DNA of 64,000 nt from NCBI GenBank assembly GCA_965215005.1, contig CBDCCZ010000042.1:32001-96000 (forward strand), read 5' to 3'. This stretch comes from Kofleriaceae bacterium. GTDB taxonomy: Bacteria > Myxococcota_A > Polyangia > Haliangiales > Haliangiaceae. Of the stretch, positions 1 through 19,973 are shown piece by piece. A program made the translations under genes and the position numbers. The first letter of the stretch is position 1; every line of letters starts with the position of its first letter. Below the pieces are notes generated by a model, which searched no databases, was not told where the DNA came from, and saw only the letters and a list, made by a program, of their open reading frames with translations.

Positions 1-671
1 GCGGCAAACACGCCAATCTCGCTGCCGTCCTTGCCGCGAATCGGCGTCGAGATGACCATCGTGAGCTGCCCGGTGATGGGTGAGCGAAACACCGACTGAA
101 GAAACGTAGCCATGCGCCCGCGTTGAAAGTACTCGAGGTTGGCCGCCGAGGTCCCTTCATGGCCGGTGAACGTGGAGGCGACGACGCGTCCCTCGGGATC
201 GAAGATCAGCAGCTCTTCGAAGACTCCCTGATCCCATAGCAGCAGCGAGAGCGCCTGGCGCAGCTCGGCGAGAGCCTCGGCCACGCCGGGGTCAGGCGCC
301 GGCGCGCTCGGTGGCGCGGCGAGAGGAATCGGGCTATCGGGGCTCTCGGCGGGCAACTGTTCGGCGTCCTCGAGCTCCGGCAGGGTCTCGGGCGCCGGCG
401 CTTGCCGATCGGTACCGAGCTCGACCTCGCGGCTACGCAGGGCCGTGAACGGCGGCACCACCAGACTCGCCATGCGCTCGACGTCCTGCCGTCGAACCGC
501 GGCGAACTGATCGATGGCCTCGGCCTTGGCGCGCGCAAGCGCTGCGAGATAGTCGAGCGTGCTGTCGCGCATCGTCTGCGCCGAGGTCTGAATGGCCAGC
601 ATGGCGACCACCGCCGCGGGAATCACGGCAAACGCCAACAGCAAGAGCAGGAGCTTGATTCGCCAGGTCAT
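1..671 (-). CDS. Membrane sensor protein with extracytoplasmic dCache-like domain (runs off window; probably a sensor kinase)
   Basis: Not in the ORF track. Manual translation from ATG 671 (preceded by AAGGAAG): MTWRIKLLLLLLAFAVIPAAVVAMLAI (TM helix)...FEELLIFDPEGRVVAST...LEYFQRG...FRSPITGQLTMVISTPIRGKDGSEIGVFAA, a typical dCache_1 pattern; open to the window edge. Confidence 0.75.
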   Translation of the reverse strand, partial: MTWRIKLLLLLLAFAVIPAAVVAMLAIQTSAQTMRDSTLDYLAALARAKAEAIDQFAAVRRQDVERMASLVVPPFTALRSREVELGTDRQAPAPETLPELEDAEQLPAESPDSPIPLAAPPSAPAPDPGVAEALAELRQALSLLLWDQGVFEELLIFDPEGRVVASTFTGHEGTSAANLEYFQRGRMATFLQSVFRSPITGQLTMVISTPIRGKDGSEIGVFA

Positions 672-687
672 AAGCGTTGCTTCCTTG

Positions 688-1284
688 TCATCCCGCGCCC
701 GCTCCGCATGGCCAGTCGCCAGCGGAGGGACAAAGCTGGGCCAGTCGCGGCCCCATCGCCGGCAGCCGCAGGACCTCGGCCCGGGCGATGCGTTCAATGG
801 CGGCCGTTGGCGCGACTCGGCTTTCGGCGGTGCTCGGCTCTTGTACCAGCACCACGCCGCCTGCAGCGGCAATTCGAGCGGCACCAGCGGCGCCGTCGGC
901 GGTGGCTCCGGTGAGCACCACCGCCACCGCCCCGCGACCGAGCTCCTCGGCCACCGACTCGAACAACACGTCGATCGATGGCCGCGCGTAGCCCACGGCG
1001 GATTCTGTGGAAAGCGCCAGATGCTCGCCGTCTAAGAGGATGTGATAATCGGCGGGCGCCAAATAGATGCGTCCGCGTGTGACCACGCAGCCGCTTTCCG
1101 GTTCTTCCACCGGCCGATGGGTGCGTCGGCTCAGCAGCTCGGCGAGGCGGGATTCGCTGTCGGCAGCGCGGTGTTGCACGATGACGACCGGCGTGTCGAA
1201 GTCAGCCGCGAGCGAGCCAAGCAGCACCGGGATGGCTTCTAGGCCGCCGAGTGAGACGCCGACTGCGACCAGTCGTCGCTGCAT
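688..1284 (-). CDS. cheB: Stand-alone CheB-type protein-glutamate methylesterase (no receiver domain)
   Basis: Catalytic triad motifs GVSLGG (Ser), VQHR (His), LTGATADGA (Asp), plus RPSIDVLFES. Confidence 0.9.
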   Translation of the reverse strand: MQRRLVAVGVSLGGLEAIPVLLGSLAADFDTPVVIVQHRAADSESRLAELLSRRTHRPVEEPESGCVVTRGRIYLAPADYHILLDGEHLALSTESAVGYARPSIDVLFESVAEELGRGAVAVVLTGATADGAAGAARIAAAGGVVLVQEPSTAESRVAPTAAIERIARAEVLRLPAMGPRLAQLCPSAGDWPCGAGAG

Positions 1285-1287
1285 GCA

Positions 1288-2124
1288 CTAACCGCCCTTC
1301 CGGTAGAGACGGACGTCGCCGTCGATGCTGTGATAGCGCGTAGCCAACGGGCTGTGCGCAAGCGACTCTTTGCGACCCAAGCCGAGGGTCCCAAAGTGTA
1401 CCAGGCTCGAGTCCAGCAGCTGCAGAACCCGCTTGCGCAGCGTATCGTCGAAGTAGATGAGCACGTTGCGGCACAAGATCAGGTGAAACTCGTTGAACGA
1501 GCCGTCGGAGACGAGATTGTGCTGCGAGAAGACGACGTTGCGCCGCAAGCTCGAGCGGAACACCGCATTTTCATCATCGGCGGTGTAGTAGCTCGAGAAG
1601 TCTTTGCTGCCGCCAGCGCGCAAATAGTTCGCAGTGTTATCGCGCATTCGAACCAGCGGGAACACGCCGCTCGAGGCGCGCCGTAGCACCGCGCCGCTCA
1701 TGTCAGTCGCGTAGAGGCGACAGCGCTCGTAGAGACCCTCTTCGATCAGCACAATCGCGAGCGAGTACACCTCTTCGCCGGTCGCGCAGCCGGCGTGCCA
1801 GATTCGCACGAAGGGATACGTGCGCAGCTTGGGAACCACCTCGGCGCGCAACACCCGGTAGAACTCCGGGTCGCGAAACATCGCCGTCACGTGCACCGAG
1901 AGCGTGGTGACGAAGCGCTCCATGCACCGTGGGTCGCGCAAGATACGCTCCTGTAGCGCCGAGATCGACGGCACGTTCTCATCCTCGACCGCGCGTCGCA
2001 CCCGTCGCCGCAGCGAGGCCGCCGCGTAGTTGCGAAAGTCATAGCCGTATCGCTTGGCGATTCCGGTGAGCAAGAGCTCGAGCTCCAAGCTCTCGAGCTC
2101 GTGGCCGTCGCTACTGGCATCCAC
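1288..2124 (-). CDS. cheR: CheR-type protein-glutamate O-methyltransferase
   Basis: YGYDFRNY, TAMFRDP, RIWHAGCATGEEVYS, LILCRNVLIYFD. Start moved to GTG 2124, just after the upstream kinase stop. Confidence 0.92.
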   Translation of the reverse strand: MDASSDGHELESLELELLLTGIAKRYGYDFRNYAAASLRRRVRRAVEDENVPSISALQERILRDPRCMERFVTTLSVHVTAMFRDPEFYRVLRAEVVPKLRTYPFVRIWHAGCATGEEVYSLAIVLIEEGLYERCRLYATDMSGAVLRRASSGVFPLVRMRDNTANYLRAGGSKDFSSYYTADDENAVFRSSLRRNVVFSQHNLVSDGSFNEFHLILCRNVLIYFDDTLRKRVLQLLDSSLVHFGTLGLGRKESLAHSPLATRYHSIDGDVRLYRKGG

Positions 2125-2132
2125 CCTGTCTT

Positions 2133-8387
<6,255 letters not shown>

Positions 8388-8424
8388 ACCTCTCCTTGGA
8401 GATGGCGACAGCGGCAGTGGCGGC

Positions 8425-10191
<1,767 letters not shown>

Positions 10192-10271
10192 CCGCACAGG
10201 GCCCGCCGCTGCTGCAAACCCGAGGCCTCTAGAAACGCAGGGCCATGCGCACCCGCTGGCGCTCTTGCGTG

Positions 10272-10286
10272 GCAAGGATGCCGCCC
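10272..10286 (-). promoter_or_regulatory. Candidate sigma54 (-24/-12) promoter for the signalling operon
   Basis: Minus strand GGGCGGCATCCTTGC matches GG-N10-GC with TTGC at -12, about 80 bp upstream of ATG 10191. Confidence 0.4.
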
Positions 10287-10416
10287 CGTGGCGTTATGAC
10301 ACTCTAAGAAACGTTGACCGCTGCGGGCGAGGATGGCGCGGCGTGAAAGCGGCTCGTCACGAGCCCTCTACACTTAACGCCTCCACAACTACCTGATAAC
10401 AGAGGCCTAAAGAAAA

Positions 10417-10471
10417 ATTGTCGATAGCCGATTACAAATCACGTGGCACATTGTCGACGCCCAGTTACAAT
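10417..10471. promoter_or_regulatory. Two tandem dyad sites ATTGTCGA-N7-TTACAA (TGT-N12-ACA), 33-bp period
   Basis: attgtcga tagccga ttacaa at 10417-10437 and attgtcga cgcccag ttacaa at 10450-10470, in an AT-rich divergent intergenic region. Confidence 0.6.
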
Positions 10472-10478
10472 TACCATC

Positions 10479-10934
10479 GTGAGCCAGCATCCTAACGAAA
10501 TTCCTGCAGACCGTGCGTCACAGCTCCTGCGCTGGCTCGTGGCCGGCGCAGGCCTGGCCGGCGCGCTCGCCGCTCTCGCGCAACCTGGCGGCAGCGCCGA
10601 TACCGCCGAGATCGCGTCGGTGTTGGCTATTGGCGCGCTCGCCCTCTTTGCTGGTCACGCCTGGGGCATGCTCGTGGTGGTATTTGCCGATGTGGTGCTG
10701 CTCGGTCAGGTCTGGCCGATGGCGGTGTACCAAGACCCGCCCAGCCTTGCAGCGCAAGTCGCGGCCTACACCGCTGTCGCCGGCGCCCTGCCCGGCCTAC
10801 TACTGTTCGCGCGCATCGTTCCGGGCACCGTCGATTTCGTGCTCGGCCCCCGCTCTTCGCGTCTGCTCCGCACCAGCGCCATCGCACTGGCCACCGCCGC
10901 CAGCGGAGCCTGGCTGCTCACGCCGGCGCTCTAG
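10479..10934 (+). CDS. Hypothetical integral membrane protein
   Basis: Several hydrophobic Ala/Leu/Val segments; fills the gap between convergent and divergent neighbours; GTG 10479 is a plausible start. Confidence 0.65.
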   Translation: MSQHPNEIPADRASQLLRWLVAGAGLAGALAALAQPGGSADTAEIASVLAIGALALFAGHAWGMLVVVFADVVLLGQVWPMAVYQDPPSLAAQVAAYTAVAGALPGLLLFARIVPGTVDFVLGPRSSRLLRTSAIALATAASGAWLLTPAL

Positions 10935-11035
10935 GGCTTCGCTTCAGCGCCGCTGGCCGCGCACGTCGCAGCGAATGACGTTGGGCAACGAGCCGAGGCG
11001 TCGCCGGAGCTCTTGAAGTGCCCCGCCCGCCGCTG

Positions 11036-12010
11036 CTAGCGAAGGCCTAGGTTGCTGGCAATCCGCTGCTGCGGTTCGTTGGTGTCGGGCGCAAAGGCGC
11101 GTCCGGTGACCTGCTGATAAATCTCGATGTAGCGACGCGCCGCCTCGAGCCGCACCTGGTCAGGAAGCGCCGGCGGCTGCCCTTCGCCGCGGTAGCCGTG
11201 CTCCTCTACCAGCCAGCGGCGCACATACTCTTTGTCGAGGGAGCGCGGATCTTCGCCTTTGCGCATACGCTCCTCGTAGTCGTCTGCGTACCAGTAACGC
11301 GACGAGTCCGGGGTGTGGACCTCATCCATCACCACCAGCTCGCCCTCGGCCGTGAGGCCAAGCTCGTACTTGGTATCGACCAGAATCAAGCCGCGCTCGG
11401 CGGCGCGCCGTTGGCCAAAGGCAAAGAGCGCCTCAGCGATGGCCGCCGCTCGGTCGAAGAGCTCACCGGAGATGACGCCCGACGCAAGGAGCTGCTCGCG
11501 CGAGGCGTTCTCATCATGTTCGCCTTTGACGGCCTTGGTGGTCGGCGTGAGCAGCGGCCGGGGCAAGCGCTGGTGCCGCGTCATTCCCTCGGCAAGCGCG
11601 TGGCCGCAAAATCGCCGCTCTCCGCGCTCATACGCGCGAAGGATGGACGTCGAGCTGGAGCCGGTGAGGTAGGCGCGCATTACGAACTCGACCTGGAGCG
11701 GCTCGAGCTCGCGAACCACCATGACGTTGGGATCGGGGACCTCGAGCACGTGGTTGGGCGCAATTGCGCGGGTCTCTTCGAACCAGTACTGCGCCATCTG
11801 GTTGAGCACCTGGCCCTTGAACGGGATGGATCCGAGCACCCGGTCGAAGGCGCTGAGCCGGTCGGTGACGACGATGGTACGCCGCCCGTTGGCCGTGTAG
11901 TTGTCGCGCACTTTTCCTTCGTACTTGGCGCCCAGCCCGCTGAGCTCGGTGCCATCGAGGGTATGCGCGAGCTGCGCGCGAAGCAGGTCGTCTAGGCGCT
12001 GCGGGTCCAT
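11036..12010 (-). CDS. purC: Phosphoribosylaminoimidazole-succinocarboxamide (SAICAR) synthase
   Basis: [67 protein letters not shown]. Confidence 0.95.
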   Translation of the reverse strand: MDPQRLDDLLRAQLAHTLDGTELSGLGAKYEGKVRDNYTANGRRTIVVTDRLSAFDRVLGSIPFKGQVLNQMAQYWFEETRAIAPNHVLEVPDPNVMVVRELEPLQVEFVMRAYLTGSSSTSILRAYERGERRFCGHALAEGMTRHQRLPRPLLTPTTKAVKGEHDENASREQLLASGVISGELFDRAAAIAEALFAFGQRRAAERGLILVDTKYELGLTAEGELVVMDEVHTPDSSRYWYADDYEERMRKGEDPRSLDKEYVRRWLVEEHGYRGEGQPPALPDQVRLEAARRYIEIYQQVTGRAFAPDTNEPQQRIASNLGLR

Positions 12011-12013
12011 GAT

Positions 12014-13327
<1,314 letters not shown>

Positions 13328-13478
13328 GGCCCCCCTTTTACCCAGCGCTGCTGGCGGACACAAGCCCCGCTCCCCGCCGGGAAGCAGGCGACGCGGCACC
13401 AGTGCGCGCTCGCAAGCCTGCAACCCGCTCACGAGCGCGCGCGGCTAACGCGAGTACGTAGAGGCAACGCTGCCGGCT

Positions 13479-13546
13479 TCAGCGCGAGCCCGTCGACCCG
13501 AAGCCGCTGGCGTCAGCGCGAGCCCGTCGACCCGAAGCCGCCGGCG
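13479..13546. repeat. 34-bp tandem duplication of the dut 3' end (1 mismatch)
   Basis: tcagcgcgagcccgtcgacccgaagccgctggcg (13479-13512) followed by tcagcgcgagcccgtcgacccgaagccgccggcg (13513-13546). Confidence 0.9.
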
Positions 13547-13956
13547 CCGCGGGTAGTCTCGCTGAGGGTGTCGGTGACGGTGATGAGTGGCGCCGCCACC
13601 GGCGCAATCACCAGCTGCGCGATACGCTCGCCGTGCGAGATGACCACCGGCTCCGAGCCGAGGTTGATCAGCAACACGCAGACCTCACCGCGATAGTCGC
13701 TATCGATGGTACCAGGCGCGTTGAGCACCGTGAGGCCATGGCGAAGCGCCTGTCCCGACCGCGGCCGCACCTGGCCCTCGAACCCCTGCTCGATCGCCAT
13801 CGCGAGCCCGGTTGGCAGCGCCACGCGCGCCCCCGGCGCCAGTGGCACCGGGGCATCGACGCACGCGGCCAGGTCCAGCCCCGCCGCGCCCGCCGTCATC
13901 GCCTGCGGCACGACCGCCTGTGGCCGAAGCCGCTTGATTTGCACCCGGGGCCGCAC
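13513..13956 (-). CDS. dut: dUTP diphosphatase
   Basis: [44 protein letters not shown]. Confidence 0.96.
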   Translation of the reverse strand: MRPRVQIKRLRPQAVVPQAMTAGAAGLDLAACVDAPVPLAPGARVALPTGLAMAIEQGFEGQVRPRSGQALRHGLTVLNAPGTIDSDYRGEVCVLLINLGSEPVVISHGERIAQLVIAPVAAPLITVTDTLSETTRGAGGFGSTGSR

Positions 13957-13983
13957 GCTGTCGATCTATTCGGCCATCAACCG

Positions 13984-16107
<2,124 letters not shown>

Positions 16108-16238
16108 AGCAACCTTTCTTCGGCTGGTTCTTCGTACGCTGCCTGGCGCCGCGGCCTGGTCCCTCGACCCTAGTCACGCCTCAGCGTGAGCACGGCAGAA
16201 GAATCAAACACGCGCTCACCAAATCAGCGCCGATTCAT

Positions 16239-16272
16239 AAGAAAAGAGCCGGCCACAGAAGGACCGGCTCTT
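16239..16272 (-). terminator. Intrinsic terminator after rpsO
   Basis: Minus strand AAGAGCCGG-tccttctgtgg-CCGGCTCTT followed by TTCTT, starting 9 nt after the rpsO stop. Confidence 0.75.
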
Positions 16273-16280
16273 AGTTGGTG

Positions 16281-16550
16281 CTACTTGCGCAGACCGATCG
16301 AGTTGATGAGGTTCTGATAGCGATCGAAGTCTTTCTTCTTGACGTAGTCGAGCAAGCGGCGACGCTTGCCGACCATCTTCAAAAGACCGCGACGGCTATG
16401 ATGGTCCTTGTGGTGAACCTTGAGGTGCTCCGTGAGGTGCGCGATACGCTCGGAGAGCAGCGCTACTTGAACCTCGGGCGACCCAGTGTCTCCCTCATGC
16501 TTCTTGTATTGATTGATCGTCTCGATCTTGCGTGCAGGCGAAACAGGCAT
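16281..16550 (-). CDS. rpsO: 30S ribosomal protein S15
   Basis: [12 protein letters not shown]...[55 protein letters not shown]; 89 aa. Confidence 0.97.
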   Translation of the reverse strand: MPVSPARKIETINQYKKHEGDTGSPEVQVALLSERIAHLTEHLKVHHKDHHSRRGLLKMVGKRRRLLDYVKKKDFDRYQNLINSIGLRK

Positions 16551-16590
16551 GGTGCCTCCTCTGGCATCACCGAGCCGAAGCCCCAGTGAC
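16551..16590 (-). promoter_or_regulatory. Candidate structured rpsO leader
   Basis: Minus strand TCACTGGGGC-TTCG-GCTCGGTGA (cUUCGg-capped stem), then TGCC-agagga-GGCA enclosing the SD. Confidence 0.5.
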
Positions 16591-16645
16591 CCATGTACAA
16601 AAACGTCTCTGTGAAATCCCGTGGTTTCGGGCCGCAGAGTGTGGA

Positions 16646-17557
16646 CTATCCACCCCCGTCCGTCAAGCCGTAGGTGAACACGCGAAGATAGTGGAAGCGG
16701 CCGTCCTCGACCTGCACCAGCGCGAGCAGCGCGCCAGTTGGCGTGAGCACCCGGACCACCTCCGCGGCCGCCGGGATCGCCGTCGCGGGCAACACGTCGC
16801 GCCATTGCCGCGGCTGGCCAGCAGCGATGGCGGCAATCCACTCGACTCCGACGGTCACCGCCGGCAACGCAGCGAGTGCATTGGCCGGCGAAATGAGACG
16901 AGCACGGGCCTGCTCCGGCCCGACCTCGGCAAGCGCGATGGCATCGGCCAACGCAAAGGCTCCGGAGCGCAGACGCCGCAAGGCCGTGAGGTGCGCACCG
17001 CAGCCGAGCGCCGCGCCAATATCGGCGACCAAGCTGCGCACGTAGGTCCCCTTGGTGCACTCGATGTCGAGTCTTGCCCGCGGCGCTCGAAACTCCACCA
17101 GCTCGAGGCGGGTGATCTCGACCGCCCGCGGCTCACGCTCGACCGTCTGCCCGGCCCGAGCGAGCTGATGCAAGCGTTTGCCACGGCGTTTGACCGCCGA
17201 GAACATCGGCGGCACCTGTTGAATCGGCCCACGAAATTGCTCGAGCACCGCCGCCAGCGCGGCCTCGTCGACGCGCTGCGCGCGCGCCGCATCGCCGCCC
17301 ACGACCGTGCCTTCGGCATCAAGTGTGTCGGTCTCGACGCCCAGCTCGAGCTCGGCGAGATAGCGCTTATCGCTCGCCAGCAGATACCCCGCCACCTTGG
17401 TGCCCTCGCCGATGCACACCGGCAAGACGCCCGTGGCCATGGGGTCGAGCGTTCCGGTGTGGCCCACCCGACGCGCCCCGAGCACCTCCTTGACGCGCGC
17501 AACCACCGCAGCCGAGGTCATCTGCGCTGGCTTATCGACAATCAAGACGCCGTTCAC
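16646..17557 (-). CDS. truB: tRNA pseudouridine(55) synthase
   Basis: [52 protein letters not shown]. Confidence 0.96.
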   Translation of the reverse strand: MNGVLIVDKPAQMTSAAVVARVKEVLGARRVGHTGTLDPMATGVLPVCIGEGTKVAGYLLASDKRYLAELELGVETDTLDAEGTVVGGDAARAQRVDEAALAAVLEQFRGPIQQVPPMFSAVKRRGKRLHQLARAGQTVEREPRAVEITRLELVEFRAPRARLDIECTKGTYVRSLVADIGAALGCGAHLTALRRLRSGAFALADAIALAEVGPEQARARLISPANALAALPAVTVGVEWIAAIAAGQPRQWRDVLPATAIPAAAEVVRVLTPTGALLALVQVEDGRFHYLRVFTYGLTDGGG

Positions 17558-17621
17558 GGGGCATGTCTAGCAGATCGCCGTCCGGGGCACATGCCCCCAG
17601 CGATTGCTGCGTTTCTACGGT

Positions 17622-18665
17622 TTACGTCGTTGCGCCGCTATCGGTAGACGCAGTGGCCGTGGCGAGCGCGGCTTCCACGAGGTCGCACACAATCGTGCGA
17701 GCCGCGTCGATGGGGGCAGGCACGATCGCACCGGCCGCACCGCGATGTCCACCGCCGCCCAGCGTGCTGCAGATGGCGCCGACATCGATGAGATGGCCCT
17801 TACAACGCATCGAGACCCGGGTCCCGGCGCCACCTTTTGCCGGCGTTAGCAGCACCGCGACCTCCACGCCGTCGATGGCGCGGCCGTAGTTGATGAGCCC
17901 TTCGCTGTCGTCCCAAGACGCACCGCAGCGCTTGAGCATCTCGGCGGTGATGACCATCAGCGAGCCGCGGTTTTGCGCAAACAGCGTCAGCTCAGCGAGC
18001 ACCCCAGAAAGCAGCCGCAGCCGCGACAGCGGCGTGCGCTCGTTCATCTGCTCGGTGACCTGCCAGGGGTCGAGCCCGCCGGCGACCAGCTCGGCGGCCA
18101 TGGCGAACGCCTCCGCGTTGGTGTTGGCGTAGCGAAACCAGCCGGTGTCGCTGGCCACGGAGACATACAGCCCGAGCGCGGCGTCGGCGCCGATGGTCCA
18201 GCCAAGGCAGCGGGCGATACGATAGATCAACACGCCCACCGAGGCGGCTGTCGGGTCGCAGAAGTAGTGCTCACCGAACGGCCGAACGCTCGCATGATGG
18301 TCGAGCACCACGCGCGCACCGGTAATCTCGCAACCGGGAAGGGAGCCGCCCAAAAGCTTCTCGTCGCCGCAATCGAGCACCACGGTGAGTTGATAGCGCG
18401 AGGCTGGATTGAGCCGATGCACCAGCGTCTCCAGGTGTGGCAGCCACTTGAGGTGCCGCGGAATCAAATCCGGGCTGTAGAGCGTGGCCGCCTTGCCGCG
18501 GGCGCGCAGCAGCGCAGCCAGTGCGACCATAGAGCCAACCGCGTCGCCATCGGGCCCGCGATGACAGGTGATCAGCAGCTTCTCCGCGCCATCGAGCGCC
18601 GCAGCCACGGACTCGATGGTCTCAGCGGCCGTGGCGACGGCCGGCTGCTCTTCAGCGCTCGACAT
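17622..18665 (-). CDS. DHH/DHHA1 phosphoesterase (NrnA-like oligoribonuclease/pAp phosphatase)
   Basis: CHRGPDGDAVGS, VLDC, LDHH, SDTGWFRY, GGGGHRGAAG; usual position between rbfA and truB. Confidence 0.9.
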   Translation of the reverse strand: MSSAEEQPAVATAAETIESVAAALDGAEKLLITCHRGPDGDAVGSMVALAALLRARGKAATLYSPDLIPRHLKWLPHLETLVHRLNPASRYQLTVVLDCGDEKLLGGSLPGCEITGARVVLDHHASVRPFGEHYFCDPTAASVGVLIYRIARCLGWTIGADAALGLYVSVASDTGWFRYANTNAEAFAMAAELVAGGLDPWQVTEQMNERTPLSRLRLLSGVLAELTLFAQNRGSLMVITAEMLKRCGASWDDSEGLINYGRAIDGVEVAVLLTPAKGGAGTRVSMRCKGHLIDVGAICSTLGGGGHRGAAGAIVPAPIDAARTIVCDLVEAALATATASTDSGATT

Positions 18666-19096
18666 CAATCGCTAGTATCGGGAGAGGAATCCGTGGGCGC
18701 CGGTTCCACCGCAGATGGTGGCTCGGTGGCAACGTGGCGGACCTGATCGTCGTGCGCAATGGCGGCGATTCGTTCCTGCAGCTCGAGGGTGTCGTCGCGC
18801 AGAAATCGTAGCTCTGGTGGCCGCTTTAGGTGCAGTCGACGTCCTACGGGCCCGCGAAGATATCCAGCCGCCGCAACCAGGCCGGTCATCGCGTCGTCCA
18901 CCGCCGCGTCGTCGGCGAGGGGAAACGAGACGGCGATGCGTGCCACGCTCATGTCGGCATTCAGATCGACGTGGTTGATGCTGAACAGACCCGCTGCGCG
19001 AACCCGCGGATCTTTGACCTCACGTTCGATGAGCTCCGAGAGCGCCGCGCGCAGCGCCTGCGCCACGCGACCGCGGCGAGGACTGCTGCTGCTCAT
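18665..19096 (-). CDS. rbfA: Ribosome-binding factor A
   Basis: RVAQALR..LSELIEREVKDPRV, VDLNADMSVARI, AAGYLR..VGRRLHLKRPPELRF..D; ATGA overlap with the upstream gene. Confidence 0.9.
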   Translation of the reverse strand: MSSSSPRRGRVAQALRAALSELIEREVKDPRVRAAGLFSINHVDLNADMSVARIAVSFPLADDAAVDDAMTGLVAAAGYLRGPVGRRLHLKRPPELRFLRDDTLELQERIAAIAHDDQVRHVATEPPSAVEPAPTDSSPDTSD

Positions 19097-19473
19097 GCCT
19101 TGCCTCCATCGTCTTCTCGCCAAGCAGCGGGAATCCAATCAGCGTCTGGGTCGTGCTCGGACGGCGCCGCGCCCATGCTGGCCTCGCCGTAGACCAGCGT
19201 CTCTCGCTCCTGCCCCACCATCTCAGCCATCCCGGTGTCTTCGACGAACCGCACGATCTTGGCTACCACTGCCTCCACGCGCACTTTCTGCGCGTCGACA
19301 ACGGCAAAGCCGAGGGTGACGCGCTGCCACGCATCCTGCGTCCCCACCTCCCGCATATCGAGATGGAAGCGCTGCCGCACGCGATCTTTGAGCGAGCGCA
19401 CCACCGCGCGCTTTTCCTTGAGCGAGTGACTGTACGTAACGTGCAACGTCAACCTGCAGACGCCAACGACCAC
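19093..19473 (-). CDS. DUF503 (YlxP-like) protein
   Basis: VVGVCRLTLH...HSLKEKRAVVRSLKDRVRQRF...EVG.QD.WQR..LGFAVV; conserved position between infB and rbfA. Confidence 0.88.
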   Translation of the reverse strand: MVVGVCRLTLHVTYSHSLKEKRAVVRSLKDRVRQRFHLDMREVGTQDAWQRVTLGFAVVDAQKVRVEAVVAKIVRFVEDTGMAEMVGQERETLVYGEASMGAAPSEHDPDADWIPAAWREDDGGKA

Positions 19474-19721
19474 GACGCCAGGATAGATCGATTCCCTGGC
19501 TTCACCAGCCCCGGCGCAACTAGAGACTGCATTTGCTCCTCGCCATCACGAGCGACTTCTGGACGCCGTGGAGGAGCAATTTCTTCTTGAGGCCCGAACC
19601 GTTCATCCTTCGCTCATCGCGACACCTCGCGCGGCGACGGGGAGCGCCGTGCACGAAGAGAGATGCCACGTCTGCAGAGTCAGGGATATCCCTGCTGCGA
19701 ACTGCTCACCACCAAGGCTAT

Positions 19722-19973
19722 GTGGAGCCGCAGGTAGGCGCTGATGATTTGCGCTTCCCTGCAGGTTCCCTGGTTTTGGCGCAGTGCTGGAGCACGAGGA
19801 ACCCCTCAGTCCAGACGAGCCGCTTCCTCGACGATTTCGTAGGCCTTGGTGGAGCCGCAGGTAGGCGCTGATGATTTGCGCTTCCCTGCAGGTTCCCTGG
19901 TTTTGGCGGAGTGCTGGAGCACGAGGAACCCCTCAGTCCAGACGAGCCGCTTCCTCGACGATTTCGTAAGCCT
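19722..19973. repeat. 125-bp direct repeat (127-bp period) duplicating the infB 3' end and downstream sequence
   Basis: 19722-19846 versus 19849-19973, two mismatches (19782/19909 and 19842/19969); includes codons [16 protein letters not shown]. Confidence 0.92.

Noticed and set aside
19474..19973. Integrated mobile element at infB
   Set aside because: No integrase, transposase or cargo lies between or beside the duplicated copies.
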